A DNA stretch of 14,688 nucleotides, taken from Candidatus Eiseniibacteriota bacterium (GTDB lineage Bacteria; Eisenbacteria; RBG-16-71-46; SZUA-252). Made by a program: the position numbers and the translations under genes. The DNA lies in assembly GCA_031370645.1 (NCBI GenBank), contig JANMQV010000226.1:1-14688 (forward strand). The letters are read 5' to 3'. Shown piece after piece: positions 7,582-14,688 of the stretch (its first letter is position 1; each line of letters begins with the position of its first letter). The notes beneath the pieces are model-generated. The model worked only from the letters and a program-made list of their open reading frames with translations. It had not been told where the DNA came from and ran no database searches.

Positions 7582-8201
7582 CGCGCTCGAACGGCCGCTT
7601 CCACTGCCGCGGCCACTTCCTCGGGCGAGCGCCCGTCGGTCGGAACCGACAGCGCGGCGATCTCCTCGTAGAGCGGCTCCCGCGCCGCCTGGAGGGCCCG
7701 GAGTCGCCCGAGAACCGGGTCGTCAGGGCTCGCAGCCTCGCCGGCCTCCACCCGTGCTGTCGGGGCGCCCAAGAGCGGTCGCGAAGCCGCACCGTCGCGC
7801 TTCAATCGTGCCCAGGCCGTCTCCGGCCCGACGAGGAGCCACACCACGGTGGCGTTCGCGGCCAGGTGCGCTCGAGCCGCGGCACCGACGACGACTCCGC
7901 CGCCGCACGAGAGGACGAGGCGCTTCGCGCCGGGGACAAGGATCACACGAAGCGCCTCCGCCTCGCGCTCCCGAAATCGCGTCTCGCCCTCGGAACGCAG
8001 CAGCTCCGGCACCGTTCGCCCCGCCGCGCGCGCCACGACCAGGTCGAGGTCCTCCCACCCCCAGCCGAGGCGAGCCCCGAGCAACGGCGCCACGACCGAC
8101 TTCCCCGCTCCGGGGAGACCGATCAGCGCCACGGGTCCGGCAGATTCGAACCGTTGCAGCGTGGGATCCCTCCGGGGTCGGCGAGGCGGCAAGCGCCTCA
8201 A
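7560..8201 (-). CDS. aroK: Shikimate kinase (start codon uncertain)
   Basis: Walker A 'IGLPGAGKS', 'DLD', 'EGETRFRERE', 'SCGGGVV', 'RPLL', 'REPLYEEIA'. The pilQ-aroK adjacency is a well-known gene order. The only start seen is TTG at 8201, with no SD. Confidence 0.88.
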   Translation of the reverse strand: MRRLPPRRPRRDPTLQRFESAGPVALIGLPGAGKSVVAPLLGARLGWGWEDLDLVVARAAGRTVPELLRSEGETRFREREAEALRVILVPGAKRLVLSCGGGVVVGAAARAHLAANATVVWLLVGPETAWARLKRDGAASRPLLGAPTARVEAGEAASPDDPVLGRLRALQAAREPLYEEIAALSVPTDGRSPEEVAAAVEAAVRARWAGSAS

Positions 8202-8234
8202 ACGAAAACGGGCCCTCCCGGTTGGGAGGGCCCG
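8200..8234 (-). terminator. Intrinsic (Rho-independent) terminator after pilQ
   Basis: Perfect 11-bp stem CGGGCCCTCCC (8209-8219) / GGGAGGGCCCG (8224-8234) with a 4-nt loop, followed on the minus strand by TTTTCGTTT (8208-8200). Confidence 0.85.
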
Positions 8235-8276
8235 CTAGAGTACACGACCCGGGCCGGCTACGGCCAGCGGCCGGGA

Positions 8277-9941
8277 TTAGTTGGACGCGCTCTGGTCCGT
8301 CAGGATCTTCGGCGTCACGAAGATGAGGAGCTCGCGCTTCGCCTTTGTGGTCGAATTCGAACGGAAGAGATTGCCGATGATCGGAATGTCCATGAGGATC
8401 GGCACGCCGCGCTTGGTGGTCGACTCGTTGCTGCGGATGAGCCCGCCGATGACCGCCGTTTCGCCGTCGTTCACCATGACGCGCGTGTCGGCCATCGTGG
8501 TGTTGATGATGATGCCGCCCTGGACCGTCGCCTGCGACGCGAGGTCGGAGACTTCGGGGTGGACGTCCATCGTGATCTTGTTGCCGACGTTGATGTGCGG
8601 CGTCACGCTCAACTTGATGCCGATCGTGGTCAGCTGCGTCACGGCGTTGCCGGCGAAGTCCTGGACGATGAGCGGAATCTGCTGGCCCACGACCACCGAC
8701 GCCTCGCGATTGTTCACCGTCGTGATGCGCGGATTCGAGATGATGTTCGCCTTGTTCTGCGTTTCGAGCGCTTCGAGCGTCGCGTCGAGGCTGCCGAAGC
8801 TCTTCACCGTACCGAGCTTCATGGTGCCGGTCGGGTTCGTGACGCCGCGGGCGTTCACCCGGATGTCCTCGCCGACGCCGGCATCGAAGAGATCCATATT
8901 CGACACGCCCCACTCGATGCCGAGGCTCCGCGTCGACGTCACGTCCACGTCGACGAGGCGGGCCACGATCTCGACCTGCGGCGTCTTGGTGTCGAGGCTC
9001 CGCACCATCGATTCGGCCATGTCGAGGCGGTCCTCGATGTCCGTGAGAAGGAGCGAGTTGCTCCGCTTATCCACCTCGATGTGGCCGCGCTTGGTGAGCG
9101 TTTTCTCTACCGACTTCGCCATCTCATCCGCGTTGGCGTAGCTCACCGGCACAATGCGCGTTTGAAGCGGAAGCAACTCTTCCTGGGCCCGCTCGGCGGT
9201 GCGCCGGTCCATCTCCTCCTTGCGGAGGGTCTCGAGATTCGAGACCACGATGGTCTGTCCCTGCTCGACCATGCCGAGGCCCTGCGCGCGCAGCAGGATG
9301 TCGAGTGCATGCCGCCACGGCACGTTACGCAGCCGCAGTGTCACCACTCCCTTGACCTCCCTGCTCGCCACGATGTTCTTGCCGCTGAATTCCGAAAGGC
9401 TACGGAGTACGGTCTGCACTTCCGCGCCCTGAACGTCGAGCGACATACGGCGACCGTCCGGCGTGTCGCCGGAGGTCGACCCGGACTGCATGGACGCCCG
9501 CGACGGCGGATCGGCTGCGGGAGCCGACGCTTCGATGGCGACGACGATGTTGTTTCCCACCTGGCTCACGCCGTACGAGGCCGCCTGGGCCAGATCGAGC
9601 ACGATGCGGGCGCCCGTTTCCTTGCCCCAGCCCATTTCGGTCGCGCGGACCGACTTGACGTTCGAACCTTCGCGGCCGGCCCAGACGCGCTCGGTGAAGC
9701 TGAGTGCCGCGCCCGGACAGTCGAGGACGATGCGATCGGGCGACTCGAGCGAGAAGTCGTGGTAGTTGATCGGCGAATCCGCCTCCACCACGATCTGCGT
9801 GCCTTTGCCGGCCTCCTTCAGCGAAATACTCTTCACCGTGGCCCCAAGGGCCGGAGCGGCCGCGAGCAACAGAAGCAGCGGAAGCGCTACTCCCGCGCCG
9901 GCGCGGCGGCCCGTGCGCGTCCTACTAATTCCGAGTCGCAT
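8277..9941 (-). CDS. pilQ: Type IV pilus secretin PilQ (signal peptide, one AMIN-like domain, N domains, secretin domain)
   Basis: AMIN-like 'F.LESPDRIVLD...RIVLDL', N0 'MSLDVQGAEVQTVLR...G.VTLRLRNVPWRHALDILL', 'VDKRSNSLLLTD', 'PQVEIVARLV', 'NPRITTVNNREA', 'GIKLSVTPHI', 'VPILMDIPIIGNLFR...ELLIFVTPKI'. ATG 9941 preferred (SD-like GAGGGTGA); GTG 9950 is the alternative. Confidence 0.95.
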   Translation of the reverse strand: MRLGISRTRTGRRAGAGVALPLLLLLAAAPALGATVKSISLKEAGKGTQIVVEADSPINYHDFSLESPDRIVLDCPGAALSFTERVWAGREGSNVKSVRATEMGWGKETGARIVLDLAQAASYGVSQVGNNIVVAIEASAPAADPPSRASMQSGSTSGDTPDGRRMSLDVQGAEVQTVLRSLSEFSGKNIVASREVKGVVTLRLRNVPWRHALDILLRAQGLGMVEQGQTIVVSNLETLRKEEMDRRTAERAQEELLPLQTRIVPVSYANADEMAKSVEKTLTKRGHIEVDKRSNSLLLTDIEDRLDMAESMVRSLDTKTPQVEIVARLVDVDVTSTRSLGIEWGVSNMDLFDAGVGEDIRVNARGVTNPTGTMKLGTVKSFGSLDATLEALETQNKANIISNPRITTVNNREASVVVGQQIPLIVQDFAGNAVTQLTTIGIKLSVTPHINVGNKITMDVHPEVSDLASQATVQGGIIINTTMADTRVMVNDGETAVIGGLIRSNESTTKRGVPILMDIPIIGNLFRSNSTTKAKRELLIFVTPKILTDQSASN

Positions 9942-10827
9942 TTGGCTCACCCTCTTCTTTGGATTTCAGTTGGATCGTCACGGTCTGTGAGTCCCCGAAG
10001 GAGTTCTGGACGACCTGGAGTTCCGTCTTGGAAATTCCCGCGATGTATCCGTTCACGACGGGGTCCCCGACGCGGAGTACGAACCCACGCCCGCGGCTAT
10101 CCTCCACGAGCGCGAACTTGTCCGACGAGCCCCACATGATGCCGACGAGATGAATGTCGCCGACGTCGACGAGGGAACCGTCACCCGACTGGCTTTCATA
10201 CTTGCCGTCGATCAGGGACTGGAACGGATCGCGCCGGCCCGCCGCCTGATAGACGTATTGCTCGCGCTGGAAGAGGGTGTTGGCATCGAGAACCTTCGGC
10301 GTCTCGTCGGCCAACACGCTCGCGCCGGCGCCGGGTACGACCGTCGCCGCGCCGGGTACCGTCATCGCCGTGCCGACCGCCGTGGAGGCGACCTTCGAGG
10401 CCGCCGCGGCCGCCGTAGCGGCTGCGGGCGGAACGCTGGAATTCGGGACCGCGGATGAGGCGGGGACCGGAGCCGATGCGGTGGCCGTCGGATTCGCGCC
10501 CACCGTCTTGACCGTGATCGGCGCTCCGACGACGGGCGCGCTGGCGACCGGCGTCTGAGGCACGACGGACAAGTCGCGCTTCACCCAAGCCGGAGCGGGC
10601 GGACCGTAGACGACGGGCGCCGTGACAGGCGCCGGCGCGATGGAGCGCGGAAGCACCTGGGCCGCCGGCGACGTCGCCGCGGTCGGAAGCTTCGCCGGCG
10701 CGGGCCCGCGCACGACGAAGTACGCCACTCCGCCGATCAGCAGGGCGGCCGCGGCCAGGATCAGAATTCCGACCCGGCTGCGAAGAAGCTTACTTTGCGG
10801 CAGCGCCAGGCTGCTTGGCAGGTTCAT
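9925..10827 (-). CDS. pilP: PilP-like alignment protein with N-terminal TM anchor and long Ala/Pro/Thr/Ser linker
   Basis: Sits between pilO and pilQ. PilP-type 'Y...GRRDPF' followed by the beta-domain 'IHLVGIMWG....FALVED..G.GFVLRVGD....GYIAGIS'. Start ATG 10827 (MNLPSS) with SD GAGGGG. Confidence 0.75.
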   Translation of the reverse strand: MNLPSSLALPQSKLLRSRVGILILAAAALLIGGVAYFVVRGPAPAKLPTAATSPAAQVLPRSIAPAPVTAPVVYGPPAPAWVKRDLSVVPQTPVASAPVVGAPITVKTVGANPTATASAPVPASSAVPNSSVPPAAATAAAAASKVASTAVGTAMTVPGAATVVPGAGASVLADETPKVLDANTLFQREQYVYQAAGRRDPFQSLIDGKYESQSGDGSLVDVGDIHLVGIMWGSSDKFALVEDSRGRGFVLRVGDPVVNGYIAGISKTELQVVQNSFGDSQTVTIQLKSKEEGEPNATRN

Positions 10828-11398
10828 TGGCGGTCCCCTCGGCCAGCGTGTACGCGGTGGCGATGAAGTCGGCCTGGACCGTATCGTCCAGGTCACCCTT
10901 GTCGAACAGTTTCACTTTCAGCTGCGACACATTCACGAGACGGCTCAGCTCGGCGATTTCGCTGAGGAAACTTCCGGCGCGGTGGTAGCCGCCGGTCACC
11001 GAGATCTGCACCGGGTTTTCCGTGAAATCGGCGGTCGGCTTCGGCTCGCCCGGCTTGAAGAGGACGAACTTCACGCCCGACTCCTGTCCGGCGATCGTCA
11101 CCTTGCGGAGGAGGCTGGCGATTTCCTTCTGCGTCGGCAGGAGCTCCTGCGCCACGGCCCATCGCTGATTCAGAAGCGCGAACTCCCGCTTCAGCTCCGG
11201 CAGCCGATTCACCAGCTGCTGGGCCTTCGTCAGTTCGTTCATCTTCTGCGTGTACGTTCCCTTGAGCTCGGCGATCTGCTTCGCGCGGGCCTGGTAGTTG
11301 TAGGGGACGTAGTTGGCGAAGATGTAGAAGTAGACCAGCGCGGCGATCCCCGCGCCGATCAGCGCCATCTTCTGGGTTTTCGGATCCTTCAAGTCCAT
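10790..11398 (-). CDS. pilO: Type IV pilus inner-membrane protein PilO
   Basis: N-terminal TM, coiled coil, 'LLPTQKEIASLL', 'F.E.PVQISVTGGYH..GSFLSEIAELSRLVNV'. Confidence 0.92.
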   Translation of the reverse strand: MDLKDPKTQKMALIGAGIAALVYFYIFANYVPYNYQARAKQIAELKGTYTQKMNELTKAQQLVNRLPELKREFALLNQRWAVAQELLPTQKEIASLLRKVTIAGQESGVKFVLFKPGEPKPTADFTENPVQISVTGGYHRAGSFLSEIAELSRLVNVSQLKVKLFDKGDLDDTVQADFIATAYTLAEGTANEPAKQPGAAAK

Positions 11399-11420
11399 CG
11401 CATTCCCTCGCGCGTGCCGG

Positions 11421-11975
11421 TTACAGCGTCATGCTCGCGGTGACTTTGAACTTCACCACGCTGCGTTGGTCGATCGTTCCCTTTTCGGCCACGACGAGGT
11501 CCACATCGCTGTAGAGCGGCGACGCCTCGAGCTTGGACATGAAGTCGGCCACCAGGAGGTTCGAGAACGTGACCCCCTCGACCTGGATCTTGTTGGAACC
11601 CGGGACCTCTTCGAACGTCGTCAGCCAGAGGTGCTCGGGGATGCACTTCGACACTTCGTCGACCAGCTTCACTCGCGTGAGGCGCTGCTTGTCGAGATTG
11701 GTGATGACGCCGAGGCGCCGCTCGACTTCCTGGCGCTTCTGCGTCAGTTCATTGATCGTCTGAATCTGCGGACGGAGCTTGTCCGCTTCCTGCTCGGCTC
11801 GCGCGATGTCCGCCTGGAGCCGACTCACCTGCATCGCCTGGACGACCGAGAACGCCGCGAACAGCGCCGCTACGAGGATCAGCACCAGCAGCGGCATCAC
11901 GGTGCCCACCTTCGGCATCGTGAAGGTCCGTTTGACCTGGCGCTCGTCCCTAGGCAGCAGGTTGATGCGAATCAT
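11421..11975 (-). CDS. pilN: Type IV pilus inner-membrane protein PilN
   Basis: Hallmark PilM-binding 'MIRINLLP', TM segment, coiled coil, 'IPEHLWLT', 'VADFMSKLEASP'. Confidence 0.93.
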   Translation of the reverse strand: MIRINLLPRDERQVKRTFTMPKVGTVMPLLVLILVAALFAAFSVVQAMQVSRLQADIARAEQEADKLRPQIQTINELTQKRQEVERRLGVITNLDKQRLTRVKLVDEVSKCIPEHLWLTTFEEVPGSNKIQVEGVTFSNLLVADFMSKLEASPLYSDVDLVVAEKGTIDQRSVVKFKVTASMTL

Positions 11976-11983
11976 GGATCCCC

Positions 11984-13012
11984 CTAGCGCAGCGCGAGGC
12001 CGATGGCGACCGTGAGAATCGGCGCCACGGCCTCCGGCGATTCACCGTTGAACAGACCGGCGTCCACCATCAGCTTGGCCACCGGATTCACCACTTCGAC
12101 GGACACTTGATGCCGCTGAGCGAGGAACTCCGTGAGTCCCGGCACGCGGGCACTGCCGCCCGCGACGAGGATCCGGTCGATCCGCTCCGCGTCGCCGGCC
12201 GAGCGGAGATACGCCACCGCCCGGTCGATCTGCGTGGAGAGGTCCTCGCACGTCGCCTGCACGACCGACGCCACGTCGATGGCGCCGTCGCCGCGGCCGC
12301 GGAGCGCGTTCAGCGCTTCCGGCTGGCTCACGTTGTGGCGGCGCTGGATGCCTTCGACGAACGAATTGGAGCCGACCGAGAGGTCCTTCGTGAAATGCGG
12401 CACCTGGTCGCGAATGATGTTCAAGTTGGTGATCTCCGCCCCGATGTTCAGGAGCGCCACGGTCTCGCCCGGCGCCAGGTCGTAGTTGGCTTCGACGGCG
12501 TTCTGAATGGCGAAGGAGTCGACGTCGATGATCATCGGCTGGAGGCCGGCCTCGCGCACGATCTCCGCGTGGTTCGCGATCATGTCCTTCTTCGCCGCCA
12601 CGAGAAGTACCTGCATCTTCTTCGCGTCGACGTTGGGATTGATGATCTGGAAGTCGAGCGAGACGTCGTTGATGTCGTAGGGGACGTGCTGCTCCGCCTC
12701 CCACTGGATCGCCTCCTTGGCGTCCTCCTCGCTCAGCTTATCCATGAGGATCTTCTTCACGATGACGGCGCGTCCGGAGACGGCGGTCACGACTTGGCGA
12801 TTCTTGATCTGCCGCGATTCCATGAGATTCGTGATGGCTTCGTGGACCATCTGGCGGTCCATGATTTCGCCGTCGACGATGGCTTCGGAAAGCGGCTCCG
12901 AGATGCCGTAGTTGACGAGACGGTCCCCCGTGCGGTCGCGCACGATCTCGGCCACCTTGATGGAGCTCGACCCGATGTCGAGACCGACGACGCTCTTTTG
13001 CTTCCCAAACAT
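11984..13012 (-). CDS. pilM: Type IV pilus assembly protein PilM (actin-like/FtsA fold)
   Basis: 'VGLDIGSSSIK', 'EAIVDGEIMD', 'WEAEQHVPYD', 'VLLVAAKK', 'AGL....IDVD.FA', 'AGGSARVPGL', 'AIGLALR'. Start is ATG 13012 (SD GGAG 7 nt upstream). The track start at 13093 lies inside the sigma54 promoter. Confidence 0.95.
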   Translation of the reverse strand: MFGKQKSVVGLDIGSSSIKVAEIVRDRTGDRLVNYGISEPLSEAIVDGEIMDRQMVHEAITNLMESRQIKNRQVVTAVSGRAVIVKKILMDKLSEEDAKEAIQWEAEQHVPYDINDVSLDFQIINPNVDAKKMQVLLVAAKKDMIANHAEIVREAGLQPMIIDVDSFAIQNAVEANYDLAPGETVALLNIGAEITNLNIIRDQVPHFTKDLSVGSNSFVEGIQRRHNVSQPEALNALRGRGDGAIDVASVVQATCEDLSTQIDRAVAYLRSAGDAERIDRILVAGGSARVPGLTEFLAQRHQVSVEVVNPVAKLMVDAGLFNGESPEAVAPILTVAIGLALR

Positions 13013-13081
13013 GTGCGTGCTCCGCGTTAAGGGGATGGCGCTTCCAGCGCCCGACCGCTGGAACTCGTCGAGGGCTGATCG

Positions 13082-13097
13082 AGCAAGTTCCATGCCA
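13082..13097 (-). promoter_or_regulatory. Sigma-54 (RpoN) -24/-12 promoter of the pilMNOPQ operon
   Basis: Minus strand TGGCATGGAACTTGCT, against consensus TGGCACG-N4-TTGCW. GG-N10-GC spacing is exact, about 70 nt upstream of the pilM ATG. Confidence 0.8.
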
Positions 13098-13273
13098 CGG
13101 GTTCCCTACCGTGCAACGTAAGCCTTTTCCGTGTAAGGCCTTACGTACGGGGATCCTTCCCCGTGCACCTTGCGAGTCGCGCTCCGTGCAGCGGTGCGAA
13201 TCGCACACCCGGCCAGGGTCCATCCGCTGGATTTTGGCCGTCCCTGCTTTAACCTCTTGCGGCTCGGGCCGCG

Positions 13274-13302
13274 TTGACCGGCCCGGGCGCGTCTGTTACG
13301 GT
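13274..13302 (+). promoter_or_regulatory. Putative sigma70-type promoter of the DUF2723 gene (probably leaderless transcript)
   Basis: TTGACC (13274-13279), 17 bp, TACGGT (13297-13302) with extended TGn. The ATG follows 7 nt later at 13310. Confidence 0.6.
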
Positions 13303-13309
13303 GCGCGCC

Positions 13310-14688
13310 ATGCCGCGTCTCTCCCACCGCGCCGCGTGGGTCGCTGCCCTCGTCGCGCTCTGGGTCTACGCTCAAACCTTGTCGCCGACCGTCGCCTGGG
13401 TGAATCAGGGCGAGGACTCGGGCGACCTTCTGGCCGCCTCCGCTACGCTCGGTATCGCCCACCCGACGGGTTACCCGCTCTTCGTCCTGCTCGGAAGGCT
13501 CGCGAGCCTGTTGCCGCTCGGTAGCGTCGCCTTCCGAATCAACCTCGTGGCCGCGCTCGCGGGCGCCGCGAGCGTCTATTTCCTCGCCCGCTTCGTCCTC
13601 GAACTCGCCTCCGAGGATCGCGACTCCGCTTCGGTTGCCGGCGCCCGCGAATCCGGCTTGCCGGCACTCGTCGCCGCCGGCGCCGCCCTCCTCTACGCGC
13701 TCTCGCGCGGTGCCTGGAGCCAGAGCGTTCTCGCCGAGGTCTACACGCTGAACGTGGCGTTCCTCGGCGCGATCCTCTGGGCGCTCGCTCGCTTCGAGCG
13801 ACGCCATGACGTTCGCTGGCTCGCTCTCGCCGCATTCCTCTGGGGCGTGGGGCTCACGAACCACCTGCTCCTGCTCGCCGTCGCCCCCGCCATCGCCTGG
13901 AGCGCGGTGCGTGCTCTGATGAGTAGAAGGATCGGCGCGGCGGGGGGCGTTCTTTTGCTCCTTCTGGCCCTTTGGGGAGCGACCTTGGTGCTCTACCTCC
14001 CGATCCGGGCAGGGGTCGGATTGGGCCACGGGGCCGCCGGAGCGGGGCCGGAGTTTTCTTGGGGCGTCCCTGTCACTCCCCAACAGCTCTGGTGGATGGT
14101 GAGCGGGGCCCAATATCAGAGGAATTTCTTCGCTCGAGACTTGGCCGGGATTGTCGGGCACCTCCTCCCGGGGCGGTGGTGGCCGGAGTTCGGCTGGGGG
14201 CTCCTCGCGCTGGCCGGCGGCTTGGCCGCCGCGGCGGTTGGGCGCTTCCGGGGACTCGCATCGGCACTCGTCGCTCTCGCGGCGGCGGTCGTCCTCTTCT
14301 CCCTCTACGCGATCCCTGACGACGTCGGCTACTGGATGCCGGTGGCGTGGCTCGCGGTGGCGATCGCGGGAGTCGGAGCGGCGCGGCTCGCAGGCCAGGG
14401 CGCGCCGATGGCGCGGGCGGCGGCGGGGGTCCTTCTCCTCCTCGTCCTTGGCGGCGTCGCGGAGGGGTACATCGCGAATCGTGCCGCGGTCGACGCGTCG
14501 AAGGACCTGACGCCGTATCTCTACGCCCAGCGGAATCTATCCGAAGTGGAAGCCGACGCGCTCATCGTGAGCGAGTACGACGGCCGCACCTTCTCGCTCT
14601 GGTTCTACAAGGCGACCGAATTTCGCCAAAGCCATCCGCGCCTTGTCGTGGCGTACAAGTACCTCCTCGTCTGGCCCTGGTACCTGCA
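13310..14688 (+). CDS. Partial CDS (runs off the right edge): DUF2723/TMEM260-like multi-pass GT-C glycosyltransferase
   Basis: Not in the ORF track. Manual translation is open to the end: MPRLSHRAAWVAALVALWVYAQTLSPTVAWVNQGEDSGDLLAASATLGIAHPTGYPLFVLLG...FRINLVAAL...WSQSVLAEVYTLN...GLTNH...LYLPIRA...WG.P.T...LWWMVSGAQY. The motifs 'DSG', 'LGIAHP.GYPL' and 'WSQ...AEVY' are DUF2723 signatures. Confidence 0.88.
   Translation, partial: MPRLSHRAAWVAALVALWVYAQTLSPTVAWVNQGEDSGDLLAASATLGIAHPTGYPLFVLLGRLASLLPLGSVAFRINLVAALAGAASVYFLARFVLELASEDRDSASVAGARESGLPALVAAGAALLYALSRGAWSQSVLAEVYTLNVAFLGAILWALARFERRHDVRWLALAAFLWGVGLTNHLLLLAVAPAIAWSAVRALMSRRIGAAGGVLLLLLALWGATLVLYLPIRAGVGLGHGAAGAGPEFSWGVPVTPQQLWWMVSGAQYQRNFFARDLAGIVGHLLPGRWWPEFGWGLLALAGGLAAAAVGRFRGLASALVALAAAVVLFSLYAIPDDVGYWMPVAWLAVAIAGVGAARLAGQGAPMARAAAGVLLLLVLGGVAEGYIANRAAVDASKDLTPYLYAQRNLSEVEADALIVSEYDGRTFSLWFYKATEFRQSHPRLVVAYKYLLVWPWYL

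Noticed and set aside
6998..7792. Apparent 265-aa N-terminal extension of CoaD (possible fusion)
   Set aside because: It is an Arg-rich off-frame reading of rsmD and aroK. The true coaD start at 6997 forms a typical ATGA overlap.
9897..9941. RR in the PilQ N-terminus as a Tat signal
   Set aside because: 'TGRRAG' lacks the S/T-RR-x-F-L-K consensus, and secretins are Sec-exported.
7443..10139. 898-aa plus-strand ORF
   Set aside because: Antisense shadow of aroK and pilQ, with no domain motifs. It also runs through the terminator hairpin.
13147..13164. Hairpin ACGGGGA-TCCT-TCCCCGT in the divergent promoter region as a terminator
   Set aside because: It has no U-tract on either side and no gene ends here. 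At most it is another protein-binding site.
13106..14510. Track ORFs 13106..14161(-), 13111..13524(+), 13972..14319(+) and 14151..14510(+)
   Set aside because: Shadows or off-frame readings of the DUF2723 gene starting at 13310.
1..14688. CRISPR arrays, IS elements, prophage, defence systems, RNA genes
   Set aside because: No regularly spaced repeats, transposase, integrase or nuclease motifs, or tRNA/rRNA-like sequences were seen. The DprA looks like the competence type, not a defence-associated SLOG fusion.

Overview
GC-rich chromosomal window from a diderm bacterium, with no mobile element, CRISPR array, rRNA or tRNA recognisable. The core is a run of 14 tightly packed minus-strand genes (13012 down to 1192): the type IVa pilus alignment/secretin operon pilM-pilN-pilO-pilP(like)-pilQ, then aroK, rsmD, coaD, a class I/II aminotransferase, an FmdB-family zinc-ribbon protein, the Obg GTPase, a HEAT-repeat protein, dprA and an LpxL/HtrB-family acyltransferase. 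A DUF3467-like gene lies on the plus strand. Two edge-truncated genes missing from the ORF track were found by manual translation: a Cys-rich, probable GAF-domain signalling protein (minus, 770 to <1) and a DUF2723/TMEM260-like membrane glycosyltransferase (plus, 13310 to >14688). Most notable details: (1) a clear sigma-54 -24/-12 promoter with candidate IHF-like and activator sites driving pilM; (2) a PilP-like protein with a TM anchor and long Ala/Pro/Thr/Ser linker instead of a lipobox; (3) a probably leaderless DUF2723 gene divergent from the pil operon; (4) an Obg with a non-canonical G4 motif (SRAD) and its own promoter and leader; (5) pil genes and dprA in one cluster. The content is mostly housekeeping. 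No clearly novel system is demonstrated, and the pilus/glycosylation/competence links are hypotheses.
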